Positions 19,167 through 28,279 of a stretch of 64,000 nucleotides of DNA are shown here, in pieces; the stretch's first letter is position 1; each line of letters starts with the position of its first letter. This DNA is from an uncultured Spirochaetota bacterium (GTDB taxonomy: Bacteria > Spirochaetota > Brevinematia > Brevinematales > JAOACQ01). Location of the stretch: assembly GCA_963768055.1 (NCBI GenBank), contig CAVYGN010000001.1, forward strand, positions 800,001 to 864,000. Direction: 5' to 3'. Both the position numbers and the translations under genes were made by a program. The notes beneath the pieces are model-generated. The model saw only the letters and a program-made list of their open reading frames with translations. It was not told the origin of the DNA and did no database searches.

Positions 19167-20198
19167 TTATTTAAGCCCGAGAATTTCGCGCATCGTGTCG
19201 TAATCGGCATCGGTGATTTTGACGAAACGATGGGGCTGCATAAAGAGTCCCGCCATTGAAGAACCTTTTGGGCGGAACAGTAATTGATCGTCCTTAACCT
19301 TATCGTCAGTGAGGGCGGTTACTACCTTATCGATGGTTTCCTGGCTCAGGAAGGCGGCGTTGGCTTCGAGAGGGGTATTCAGCACGGGAATAACCTTGAT
19401 AATCACGAATTGAGCGCCGGCAAGGTCAGAGAAAGGTGCTGAAGCGTCTTTTTTAACCTTATAGACAGCGCCGGGCTGTTCGTCGGTTCCGGATGTGAGT
19501 TCGAGATAATTCTGCACATCGATGTCATCAACAGCTGAAACATCTACATTGCCTTTCAGCAGGTTGACAAGCGACAGCTGATGGGATCCTGAAAATACAA
19601 CCTGGCTGAAGAACTTTCCGGCTCCGCCCTGCATGAGGTCGTCCTTGGTAAGGCTCTTCCATTTGCTCTTTGTATGGAAAATGGCCAGGATAGCCGCGGA
19701 AGGCATGTTGAATCCGGATGTCGAACTTGTTGAAACAAATGATATTTTCTTTCCTGCGATGTTGTCGATGGAATAAGTATTTCCGGATTTGTATTTACCT
19801 TCATTCCCTTTTTTAACAAGAAGGCGGCTGTAATACAGCGCATCGCTTATAGTGCCCGATTTGCCGCTTTCAACTATAAGAGGAACAATATTGGTATCCC
19901 TTGCATGGCCGGTAATGTACTCGAAAGGCCCGAAGTAGCCCAATTGGGCGTCCCCCGATTCCAATGCCGCCATGGCGATATTGTAGTCGGTTGTCAGCTT
20001 ATCTACCACCTTGTAGCCAGTTGCATCGGTGATGATTTTTCCGAATTCGGCGCGCATGGCCTTTTCGTTGTCGCCCGAATTGTTGGGCAGCCAGGCCATT
20101 GTAATAACTTTTTGATTCGCACAGCCTGCAAACATTAAGGCCAGAAGAGATGCTGAGATAATACTTTTAAAAACTTTAGGGATCAGTTTCAAAACCAT
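19167..20198 (-). CDS. phnD: Phosphonate ABC transporter substrate-binding lipoprotein
   Basis: Lipobox FAGC, TTDYN, GPFEY, YYS, STSSTSGF.MP and GSHQ motifs; GGAGG RBS before ATG 20198. Confidence 0.9.
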   Translation of the reverse strand: MVLKLIPKVFKSIISASLLALMFAGCANQKVITMAWLPNNSGDNEKAMRAEFGKIITDATGYKVVDKLTTDYNIAMAALESGDAQLGYFGPFEYITGHARDTNIVPLIVESGKSGTISDALYYSRLLVKKGNEGKYKSGNTYSIDNIAGKKISFVSTSSTSGFNMPSAAILAIFHTKSKWKSLTKDDLMQGGAGKFFSQVVFSGSHQLSLVNLLKGNVDVSAVDDIDVQNYLELTSGTDEQPGAVYKVKKDASAPFSDLAGAQFVIIKVIPVLNTPLEANAAFLSQETIDKVVTALTDDKVKDDQLLFRPKGSSMAGLFMQPHRFVKITDADYDTMREILGLK

Positions 20199-20246
20199 TA
20201 TATCCTCCAAAATAATTTTTCTGATGAATTTCTATCATTTTTTTTA

Positions 20247-20381
20247 ACTATGACATCCTATTGTTTATTTGGCGTCAATTTCATGTTAATTTTCAGAGAA
20301 TTATTAATAATGGTCCGGGGCCGAAAATTCTCTGCAAATTAACATGAAATTAACTTCAATCAAACACAATTATGCCATATT
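20247..20381. promoter_or_regulatory. Mirror-image divergent promoters with 11-bp-period Pho-box-like repeats
   Basis: 26-bp inverted repeat at 20277-20302 and 20326-20351 (1 mismatch). Plus arm: TTAACA-N5-TTAACT-N5-CAAACA-N5-ATGCCA. Minus arm: TTAACA-N5-TTGACG-N5-TAAACA-N5-ATGTCA. Confidence 0.7.
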
Positions 20382-20434
20382 AATCCAGTTTAAAAGCAAC
20401 AAAAATTCGTTCTAAATACAGGAGGTTCAGGCTG

Positions 20435-20854
20435 ATGGATGAAAATGCCAGGAATTGGGCAGAATGTCTGACTGACGCTGAAGCAGCCGATATACTCGGC
20501 TTGCTGGAAAAAAAAGAGGATTTAACTATTGGAGATAATGAGCAGGGGATGGTGATGCTGACTGCGAGGGACCCTTTCGGCTGTGATTTTTATGTAGGTG
20601 AAGTGCTTGTAACCGAGGCAGAGGCTGAATACGGGGCTTCGAAGGGCTACGGGATGGTTATGGGAAATAAAGCAGGGCAGGCAAGGGTTCTTGCGGTTTA
20701 TGATGTCGCATTAAGGTCGGGTGATAATGAACTGATCAAAATGATCTCAGAAAAAATGAAAACCGCACGGGAAAGATTTGAAGAAAGAATATCTATTGAA
20801 AGATCGATGACTGCCTCAACGAAGGTAGATTTCGGTTTAATGGCAGAGGGATAG
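20435..20854 (+). CDS. phnG: C-P lyase system protein PhnG
   Basis: GMVMLTARD...FYVGEVLVTEA, GYG and C-terminal ASTKVDF motifs; first gene of the lyase operon. Confidence 0.88.
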   Translation: MDENARNWAECLTDAEAADILGLLEKKEDLTIGDNEQGMVMLTARDPFGCDFYVGEVLVTEAEAEYGASKGYGMVMGNKAGQARVLAVYDVALRSGDNELIKMISEKMKTARERFEERISIERSMTASTKVDFGLMAEG

Positions 20855-20858
20855 GATC

Positions 20859-21413
20859 ATGGAGATCAGGGAAAAAAACAGGCTGACCCTTGATACTTTT
20901 AGAATTCTGATGCGGTCCATGGCTAACCCCGGGATGGTTATAAAGCTTCCGGGTGCAGGATTGGAAAAGGTATGCGAGGTTCTCCTGGACCATGAAGTCA
21001 GCTTCAGCGTTATCGGTTCCGGCGTTCATGACGGCCTTATCAGGAAAATATACGAGATCACTAAATCGGAGTATGTAAGGGCCGATACGGCCGATTACGT
21101 CATTGTCGCAGGCGGTTCAAGCTGCGGCGGCATTAAAAGCCTTAACAGGGGAACGCTTGATTTTCCGGACAAAGGGGCGACAGTCATTTACATGGTCCGG
21201 GAATTGGGGAATGGCGGACTTACCCTCGGCCTCAAAGGCCCCGGGATCGAATCTATAAGGGATTTAACAATAAATGGGGCGGATGCCGGGGATTTAATGG
21301 ATATAAAGGAAATGAATTCTGAATTTCCGCTTGGATTAGACCTTGTCCTGATAGATGATAATGGTTTTGCAAGTTCCATACCCCGTTCATCCTCCATTGA
21401 ATTTAAGGGGTAA
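20859..21413 (+). CDS. phnH: C-P lyase system protein PhnH
   Basis: FR.LMRSMANPG, LLDHEV, GT..FPDKGAT, LKGPGI, FPLGLD and IPRS motifs. Confidence 0.92.
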   Translation: MEIREKNRLTLDTFRILMRSMANPGMVIKLPGAGLEKVCEVLLDHEVSFSVIGSGVHDGLIRKIYEITKSEYVRADTADYVIVAGGSSCGGIKSLNRGTLDFPDKGATVIYMVRELGNGGLTLGLKGPGIESIRDLTINGADAGDLMDIKEMNSEFPLGLDLVLIDDNGFASSIPRSSSIEFKG

Positions 21414-21416
21414 AGA

Positions 21417-22511
21417 ATGGGTTATGTCGCAGTTTCAGGCGGAAGAACAGCCATAGATAATGCCGAGAAATTTCTGAAGTTTCAAAGGTCTGCAAACTCA
21501 GCCGGCGGGTCTGATATTGAAGAGATAAAAAAATCCCTACACTTCCTGGTCGACAGGGTAATGGGCGAGGGTTCCCTTTATGCGCCTGACCTCGCAGCCC
21601 TTGCCGTTTTACAGTCTGCAGGAGATACTTTTGAGGCCTCTTTTATGATCAGGGCTTACAGGACAACACTGCCGAGGTTTTCCTATAGCCTCCCGGCAAA
21701 TACTTTGAATATGAGGGTGATACGAAGGATATCCTCGACGTTCAAGGATATACCCGGGGGCCAGTATCTCGGCCCGACAAGCGATTATACATTGAGGCTT
21801 CTCGATTTTGATATGATCGGTGAAGACTCTGTTATTTTTAAAAAAAACCTTGACGAGATAATGAAAAAAACCGGAATTGATGCTGCTGTACCGGAATCTT
21901 TCCCGGGGCTGGTCGATATCCTTCGCCGGGAAAACCTGATTACCAATAGTCTTTCTTCAAGTATTAAGGAAGCGGAATGTTTCGATGTGACCCGCGAGTC
22001 GCTGTCATTTCCTGCCCCAAGAAGCGCAGCTATGCAGACTATGGCCAGGGGAGAAACGGGCGGTATGCTGGCCCTTGCTTATTCGAACATGCGGGGTTAC
22101 GGATCTGCACACCCTACTATCGGGGAGCTCAGGGTCGGATACGTTCCCATGGAGATAAAACATCCTTATTCGGGCAAGGCTTGCAGGATCGGGGAAGTCC
22201 TTATGACAGAAGCCCAGATTATTTCAGATATGGATATGCAGGACGGGTCGCCGAAATTCGCCCTTGGCTACGGGCTGTGTTTCGGCCATAATGAAACGAA
22301 AGCTATCTCCATGGCTACTCTTGACCGTGGCATGCAGGCCGATATACCGCATTATCCCTCTGAAGATCAGGAATTCGTACTTCTGCATATTGACGGGATC
22401 GAAGCGATGGGTTTCGCCAACCATTTCAAACTGCCACATTATGTTACATTCCAATCGGCTCTTGACAGGCTGCGGGCTTCCCGGGATAAATCCGCTCTTA
22501 AAGGGGAATGA
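21417..22511 (+). CDS. phnI: C-P lyase complex subunit PhnI
   Basis: MGYVAVSGG, DRVMGEGSLY, RRISSTFKDIPGGQYLGPT.DY, HPTIGELRVG and HFKLPHYVTFQS motifs. Confidence 0.96.
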   Translation: MGYVAVSGGRTAIDNAEKFLKFQRSANSAGGSDIEEIKKSLHFLVDRVMGEGSLYAPDLAALAVLQSAGDTFEASFMIRAYRTTLPRFSYSLPANTLNMRVIRRISSTFKDIPGGQYLGPTSDYTLRLLDFDMIGEDSVIFKKNLDEIMKKTGIDAAVPESFPGLVDILRRENLITNSLSSSIKEAECFDVTRESLSFPAPRSAAMQTMARGETGGMLALAYSNMRGYGSAHPTIGELRVGYVPMEIKHPYSGKACRIGEVLMTEAQIISDMDMQDGSPKFALGYGLCFGHNETKAISMATLDRGMQADIPHYPSEDQEFVLLHIDGIEAMGFANHFKLPHYVTFQSALDRLRASRDKSALKGE

Positions 22512-22515
22512 AGCG

Positions 22516-23358
22516 ATGGAACTTAAATTTAATTTCGGCTTTCTGGATGAAAATGCCAAGCGCGAGATCAGGAGAAAAATTTTAAAGGCTATAGCCATAC
22601 CAGGCTACCAGGTTCCGTTCGGATCGAGGGAAATGCCTATAGCCAGGGGTTGGGGCACCGGCGGTCTCCAGATAACTTTATCGATTATCGGGCCTGAAGA
22701 TGTCCTGAAGGTAATAGACCAGGGAAGCGACGATAGCGTCAATGCGGTTAACATCAGGAAATTCATCGCTAAAGTAACAGGCGTCCGGACTACCGAAGAT
22801 ACATCAAAAGCTACCATCATTCAGACCAGGCACAGGATACCCGAGGAAAAACTTAATGAAAACCAGGTCCTTGTATTCCAGGTACCGTTGCCGGAACCCC
22901 TCAGGATCGTGGAACATTCGGAAAAGGAAACGCGCCGTATGCATGCCGAAGCCGATTACAGTTCAATGTGGCTGTATCTTTACGAGAGCATAATCAAGTT
23001 TGGCGAGATAACCCTCGGCGCAGGATATCCTGTAATGGTCAATTCGAGGTACCTGATGTCGCCGAGTCCCATTCCCAGGTTCGATATACCCAAGCTCAGC
23101 ATGGCGGAAACATTGTACCTGTTTTGCGCCGGGAGGGAAAAACGCATTTATGCCATTCCTCCCTATACATTCGTGGAGGGCATAGGATTTGAAGACCATC
23201 CCTTCCGTATTGAGGATTTCAAAGGGCAGACCTGCGATTTATGCGGAAGCTCGGGTACTTATCTTAATGAGATAATTGACAATGAAAGAGGCTCAAGGTC
23301 TTATCAATGCTCGGATACTTCCTGGTGCAGAAAAGTCATGGAAGGGAATAAAATATGA
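22516..23358 (+). CDS. phnJ: Alpha-D-ribose 1-methylphosphonate 5-phosphate C-P lyase (glycyl radical/SAM enzyme)
   Basis: FGFLDENAKREIRR.ILKAIAIPGYQVPF.SRE, GWGTGG, KVIDQG, QTRHRIPE, and CxxC-x21-C followed by SDTSWC. The true start is ATG 22516, not 22264. Confidence 0.97.
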   Translation: MELKFNFGFLDENAKREIRRKILKAIAIPGYQVPFGSREMPIARGWGTGGLQITLSIIGPEDVLKVIDQGSDDSVNAVNIRKFIAKVTGVRTTEDTSKATIIQTRHRIPEEKLNENQVLVFQVPLPEPLRIVEHSEKETRRMHAEADYSSMWLYLYESIIKFGEITLGAGYPVMVNSRYLMSPSPIPRFDIPKLSMAETLYLFCAGREKRIYAIPPYTFVEGIGFEDHPFRIEDFKGQTCDLCGSSGTYLNEIIDNERGSRSYQCSDTSWCRKVMEGNKI

Positions 23359-24227
23359 GGCCAGTTTTAGAGATAAGAAACCTGACGAAAATCTACGGGA
23401 AAGGGTGCCCGGATTGCAGTAATTCCGGGAGTGAAAACGGCAACGGTAATATCTGTTCAAGCTGCCGGTCTGTGTCGGCATGCAAGGATGTTTCATTCAG
23501 CCTTTATGAAGGCGAGGTACTGGGCATTGTCGGCGAGAGCGGGTCGGGCAAGTCGACCCTATTGAAGATGCTTAATTTCGATGAGGAGCCGACCTGCGGC
23601 CTTATGGAGATTGATTCGGGATACCTGTCAAAATCCAGGATACCCGGGTACAGCCTTGATTTTGTAGGGAATGCGAACCTTTTCACTTTGAATCCTTTTA
23701 GAAAAAGGCTCCTCAGAAACCACCTGATGGGCATGGTTTATCAGAACCCGCACCTTGGTTTAAAGATGCATATTTCTTCAGGAGGAAATATAGGGGAAAG
23801 GCTTCTTATGGCCGGATGGAGAAACATCGGATCGATCCGGAGCAGGGCGTCGGAACTCCTTGTTAAGACTGAAGTTCCCCCGGAACGCATGGACGAGCCG
23901 CCTTCAAACTTCAGCGGCGGAATGCAGCAGAGGGTGCAGATCGCTAAAGCCCTTTCCAATAATCCGATAATCCTTTACCTTGACGAACCTACGACCGGCC
24001 TCGACCTTTCCGTCCAGGCACGTGTTCTCGACCTTGTCCGAAGCCTGCAAAAGGAATTGAAATTTTCCATGATCGTAGTTTCTCATGACCTGGGAATAAT
24101 CAGGCATCTTACGAGCCGCACTATCGTGATGAAAAACGGACGCATAGTCGAATCAGGTCTTACAGACCAGGTTCTCGAAGATCCCCAGCACCAGTACACA
24201 CAGCTCCTGGTCCATTCGAATTTATAG
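23355..24227 (+). CDS. phnK: C-P lyase system ABC-type ATPase PhnK
   Basis: GESGSGKST, VYQNP, GGNIGERL, FSGGMQQRVQIA, DEPTTGLDLSVQAR and LEDPQHQYTQLLV motifs. Confidence 0.95.
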   Translation: MRPVLEIRNLTKIYGKGCPDCSNSGSENGNGNICSSCRSVSACKDVSFSLYEGEVLGIVGESGSGKSTLLKMLNFDEEPTCGLMEIDSGYLSKSRIPGYSLDFVGNANLFTLNPFRKRLLRNHLMGMVYQNPHLGLKMHISSGGNIGERLLMAGWRNIGSIRSRASELLVKTEVPPERMDEPPSNFSGGMQQRVQIAKALSNNPIILYLDEPTTGLDLSVQARVLDLVRSLQKELKFSMIVVSHDLGIIRHLTSRTIVMKNGRIVESGLTDQVLEDPQHQYTQLLVHSNL

Positions 24228-24229
24228 AG

Positions 24230-24922
24230 GTGATTATGCTTGAACTCATTAATCTTGCCAAGAATTTTACCCTGCATATGCATAACGGTAAAATAATCGA
24301 GGGTTTCAACGGAGTGAACTTCAGCGTAAAAGAAGGCTCTTCCATGGGAATTTCCGGGCCGAGCGGAGCGGGAAAAAGTTCGATCCTAAAGTGCATATAC
24401 CGCACTTACCTTTCAAGCTCAGGTTTCATCCATTATGAGTCGACGCAATTCGGCAATGTAAATCTTGCCGACGCACCCGAACACATAATAATCAAGATCC
24501 GCGAGAATGAGATAGGTTATATAACCCAGTTTTTAAGGGTTATCCCGAGGGTGCCATGCGATCTTGTGGTGGCCGAACCGCTGCTGCTGACTGGAACCGG
24601 AATGCCGGAAGCGCTTGAAATTTCACGGCGCCTTCTCGGCAGGCTCGGAATACCCGAAAGGCTTTTCGGAGCCTTCCCGGCTACCTTCAGCGGCGGGGAA
24701 CAGCAGAGGGTGAATATCGCCAGGGCTGTTATCCGCTCGCCCCGCCTTCTTCTTCTGGATGAACCGACCGCATCGCTGGATTACAAATCGGCAGGGGCGG
24801 CAATGTGCATTCTTCATGAGCTCAAAAAAAATGGTACGACAATGATCGGAATTTTTCATGACCCGTTTGTCATGAAGGATTTTTCAGATTCAATATACCA
24901 GCTTGAGGAGAAAATACAATGA
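24230..24922 (+). CDS. phnL: C-P lyase system ATPase PhnL
   Basis: KNFTLH, GPSGAGKS, QFLRVIPRV, PATFSGGEQQRVNIAR and IGIFHD motifs. Confidence 0.95.
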   Translation: MIMLELINLAKNFTLHMHNGKIIEGFNGVNFSVKEGSSMGISGPSGAGKSSILKCIYRTYLSSSGFIHYESTQFGNVNLADAPEHIIIKIRENEIGYITQFLRVIPRVPCDLVVAEPLLLTGTGMPEALEISRRLLGRLGIPERLFGAFPATFSGGEQQRVNIARAVIRSPRLLLLDEPTASLDYKSAGAAMCILHELKKNGTTMIGIFHDPFVMKDFSDSIYQLEEKIQ

Positions 24923-26091
24923 AACCATTTAATGGAGTGTTCTCCATTTACAATGTAAATATCATTACCCCGGATGAGGTAATAAGGAGCGGTTCAGTCC
25001 TTGTGGAGAATGGAAAGATTTCAAAGGTTACAGGCGAAAAGATCCTGTCATGTTTCAAGGCCGTTGACGGCAATGGAAATTACCTGATGCCCGGTTTTAT
25101 CGATATTCACAGCGATGTAATAGAAAGGGAGATCGAGTCGAGGCCCGGCACCTTCCTTGCTACAAATATCGCTCTAATGGAACTGGATAAAAAACTTGCA
25201 GCGGCAGGGGTAACGACAATTTATCATTCGGTTTCATTTGCCGACGAGATAGTAATTGTTATCCGTTCACTCGATGTCGTCGACAGTATTGTCAGGGAAA
25301 TAAAGCGTTTGAGGGACAGCCTTCTTATTAAAACCAAAGTGCATACCAGGTACGAGGTAACTTATTCCGGAGGCTACCCTGAAATTGAAAAACTGATGAG
25401 CGAAGGCCTTGTCGACCTTGTCTCAGTTATGGACCATAGCCCGGGTCAGGGTCAGTTCAAGACGGAGGAACAGATCAGGGGATACTACGGGGACAGGTTC
25501 GGGGTCGATAGGAAATCAATCATGGACCTTATCGACAGGAGGATGAAACTTCGTGAAAGGGTGGGTATGGAAAATGCCGTAAAGATGATGAAATCGGCTC
25601 ATTCTCATAAAGTTCCGCTGGCAAGCCATGATGACGATACGAAGGAAAAAGTGAATTTCATGAAAAAGCATGGGGTTAATATTACCGAATTTCCAGTCAG
25701 TATTGAAGCTGTTGAAGAATCAGCATCGTCAGGGATTGCAATAGCACTGGGTTCTCCCAATATACTGAGGGGTTATTCGCATAATAAAAATCTGAGTTCG
25801 CGCGATCTGTTAAAGAACGGGTACGGCGATATAGTATGCTCGGATTATATTCCTTCGACCCTTCTGCACTCGTTGTTTGTAATAAAGGAAACTTGCGGCA
25901 AAACACTGCCTGAGGCATGCCGCCTTTATAGCTATAATCCGGCAATGCACCTGGGGCTATCCGGAGAGTGTGGAGCAATAAGTCCGGGCCTGGACGCCGA
26001 TTTAGTGATTGTCGACAACAATGGTGAAATTCCCAGAATACAGAAAACTTATGTAAAGGGCAGGGAGGTTTATTCTGCATGCATGGTTTAG
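24919..26091 (+). CDS. phnM: Alpha-D-ribose 1-methylphosphonate 5-triphosphate diphosphatase
   Basis: PGFIDIHSD..ERE...RPG, H.RYE, MDHSPGQGQF, ASHDD, EFP, GSPN and SDY motifs. Confidence 0.95.
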   Translation: MKPFNGVFSIYNVNIITPDEVIRSGSVLVENGKISKVTGEKILSCFKAVDGNGNYLMPGFIDIHSDVIEREIESRPGTFLATNIALMELDKKLAAAGVTTIYHSVSFADEIVIVIRSLDVVDSIVREIKRLRDSLLIKTKVHTRYEVTYSGGYPEIEKLMSEGLVDLVSVMDHSPGQGQFKTEEQIRGYYGDRFGVDRKSIMDLIDRRMKLRERVGMENAVKMMKSAHSHKVPLASHDDDTKEKVNFMKKHGVNITEFPVSIEAVEESASSGIAIALGSPNILRGYSHNKNLSSRDLLKNGYGDIVCSDYIPSTLLHSLFVIKETCGKTLPEACRLYSYNPAMHLGLSGECGAISPGLDADLVIVDNNGEIPRIQKTYVKGREVYSACMV

Positions 26092-27032
26092 GCATACGGG
26101 TTCCCGGTGTACAACTTGATAATAAAAAGGATGAATTTATAAAGGCCCTGAGTTATATCGGACAAACAGGTTTCGATTCGATAGAAGTAAGCCCGGATGA
26201 TTTTGACGCTATAAGGACAGGCGAACTTGACATTAATATCGTGAAATCCTTAAAAAAGATATTAAAGGATTTTAATTTCCATCTAAGCGTGCACACGCCG
26301 CTCTTGTTGAATTTATTTAACAGGGATGATCCGGCCCTTCATGAAAAAGTCCTGGAAGCCTGCCTTGATTTTACCGACATTGCCGGGGGCGATCTGCTGG
26401 TTTACCATCCAGGAAGATATGTTGACAACTGCGAGTTTGCCCGTATCGGTAAGGAAAATTACACTTCAGACGAAAAAAAAAGGCTTAAAGAAAATGAGGT
26501 AGAAACTCTAAGGGAATTATCCCTTAGGTATCCTCAAATTACAATCGCCTGTGAAAACCTGAGGTCCTATATTTATCATTCTCCTTACAGTTACGCTGAA
26601 TATCCCTGGGAACTGGCGGAACAGGTTAGGGCTGTAGATAGCGGGAACGTGGGGATGATGATAGATACGGGGCATCTTCTATTAACAGCCAATTATTTCG
26701 GCTTTGATATTTTTGAAAGCGTTTCAATTGCAGGGATGCATCCGGTGCATTTTCATATAAACGATAATCATGGCATACCCACGTATTATACTGAAAAGGA
26801 CAAAAAAGGCCAGCTTTGTTTAGGGAGGGGGGATGAGCATGTTCCGCCGGGAATGGGAACATTTCCATTCGGTAAATTTTTAAGTAAATTTCCTGAATAC
26901 AGCGGCCGGTATATTATCGAATTGACCAGCAGGTATTTTTATCCGGAGAGGATTGAACAATCTTATAAATTTATGGAGAAAACACTGAAAAAGCTCAAGG
27001 TACCTGAGAAGACATTAAGAATTACGGAATAA
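26079..27032 (+). CDS. Sugar phosphate isomerase/epimerase (AP-endonuclease-2-type TIM-barrel) metalloenzyme
   Basis: SVH.P, VYHPG, ACEN, IDTGH, HFHINDNHG, DEH.PPG.G and IIE motifs; overlaps the end of phnM. Confidence 0.82.
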   Translation: MHGLGIRVPGVQLDNKKDEFIKALSYIGQTGFDSIEVSPDDFDAIRTGELDINIVKSLKKILKDFNFHLSVHTPLLLNLFNRDDPALHEKVLEACLDFTDIAGGDLLVYHPGRYVDNCEFARIGKENYTSDEKKRLKENEVETLRELSLRYPQITIACENLRSYIYHSPYSYAEYPWELAEQVRAVDSGNVGMMIDTGHLLLTANYFGFDIFESVSIAGMHPVHFHINDNHGIPTYYTEKDKKGQLCLGRGDEHVPPGMGTFPFGKFLSKFPEYSGRYIIELTSRYFYPERIEQSYKFMEKTLKKLKVPEKTLRITE

Positions 27033-27035
27033 GGG

Positions 27036-27641
27036 ATGAAAATAGGAGTGATCTCGGACATCCATACCGGTGAGTTGCTCAGGCTTGTAATAGTAACAAT
27101 TCCCGGAGGCAACTTTTATAATGAAATTTCAGGAATGATCGGGGCCTTAAGTTCATTGACCGGCTCGAGAACGGCATCTTCATACCTTCCGCATATGACG
27201 CTCAGGACCGGAGTTTTTGTTCCATGTGATGAATCGGACAGTTTTATAAGAGAATTCGGAGAACTTATTAGCGAAGAAAAGGCAATAAAGGTAAAAACCG
27301 AAAGGCTAAGGGTCTTTCCTTACTGGGAGGAGGAAAATCAGAAATTCATAATCCTTTATTCGGTCAGGAAATCCCAGCCGCTTTCTTCCATTAATAGGCG
27401 TCTTTTAAGCTATGAAAAATATAAGAAAAGCGATAAAAGCATATTTCAGCCCCATATCAGCCTTCTCTACGGGGATGTAGACAGGGAGGGTTTCGAGAAA
27501 GCTAAGCAGTTCGTCAGGGAGAGGCCCGAAATCTTCGAAAGAGAATTTACATTCGATCTTGATAACGTCGCCCTGCTATCGCAGGGAAGGGGAGGGAACT
27601 GGTCGGTTTATTATAAGTACAAATTGAGGAGAGAATTATGA
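27036..27641 (+). CDS. 2H phosphoesterase (2'-5' RNA ligase/cyclic phosphodiesterase superfamily)
   Basis: Two Hx(T/S) motifs, PHMTL and FQPHISL; C-terminal strand pattern typical of the family. Confidence 0.85.
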   Translation: MKIGVISDIHTGELLRLVIVTIPGGNFYNEISGMIGALSSLTGSRTASSYLPHMTLRTGVFVPCDESDSFIREFGELISEEKAIKVKTERLRVFPYWEEENQKFIILYSVRKSQPLSSINRRLLSYEKYKKSDKSIFQPHISLLYGDVDREGFEKAKQFVRERPEIFEREFTFDLDNVALLSQGRGGNWSVYYKYKLRREL

Positions 27642-28276
27642 CATATATTGAAAATTACAAAATGCCGGGGGAAAAAACGCTTGGAAAATCACCGCTGATA
27701 TCGGAAAATGCGGTCATTTCAAAATCGCGGTTCGGCGAGTATACTGAAATCATGGAACATGTCCGCTTTATTAACTCCAGCCTCGGTGATTTTTCTTATA
27801 TTTGCGAGTATAGCGACATTATTTACACAGAAATAGGGAAATTTTCAAATATTGCCGCTTATTGCAGGATAAACCCGGGAAATCATCCGATGGAAAGGCC
27901 GTCCCTGCATCATTTTACTTACAGGTGTAAACAGTTCGGCTTCATGGATAACGATGATCCGGAGTTTTTCAACTGGCGGTCGATCCAGAAAGTAATAATA
28001 GGCCATGATACCTGGCTCGGGCATGGGGTTATCGTTATGCCCGGAGTGACAATTGGAAACGGGGCTGTGATTGGCAGCGGAGCTGTTGTGACAAAAAACA
28101 TTCCCCCTTATACGATAGCGGCGGGTATTCCGGCAAAGGTTGTCCGGCCGAGATTTCCCCAGGAGATAGCATCTAAAATAATCAAAACGGCATGGTGGGA
28201 CTGGCCGTTTGAAAAAATAAAGGAGAATTTGGAAGACTTCAAGGACATCAGGCGTTTCTTAGCAAGGCATTGTTGA
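27638..28276 (+). CDS. Phosphonate-operon hexapeptide-repeat acetyltransferase (CatB/Vat-like)
   Basis: [58 protein letters not shown] and WWDW motifs; overlaps the previous gene. Confidence 0.88.
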   Translation: MTYIENYKMPGEKTLGKSPLISENAVISKSRFGEYTEIMEHVRFINSSLGDFSYICEYSDIIYTEIGKFSNIAAYCRINPGNHPMERPSLHHFTYRCKQFGFMDNDDPEFFNWRSIQKVIIGHDTWLGHGVIVMPGVTIGNGAVIGSGAVVTKNIPPYTIAAGIPAKVVRPRFPQEIASKIIKTAWWDWPFEKIKENLEDFKDIRRFLARHC

Positions 28277-28279
28277 ATT

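Noticed and set aside
22264..22515. N-terminal extension of PhnJ in the ORF track (likewise ppk1 39532-39660, 6386-6481 and 28688-28786)
   Set aside because: The extensions overlap neighbouring genes or the MITE; family homology begins at the downstream ATGs.
27638..28276. Chloramphenicol/streptogramin resistance acetyltransferase
   Set aside because: It is translationally coupled to the phn operon and has the NPGNHP...HHFTYR pattern of phosphonate-associated hexapeptide proteins.
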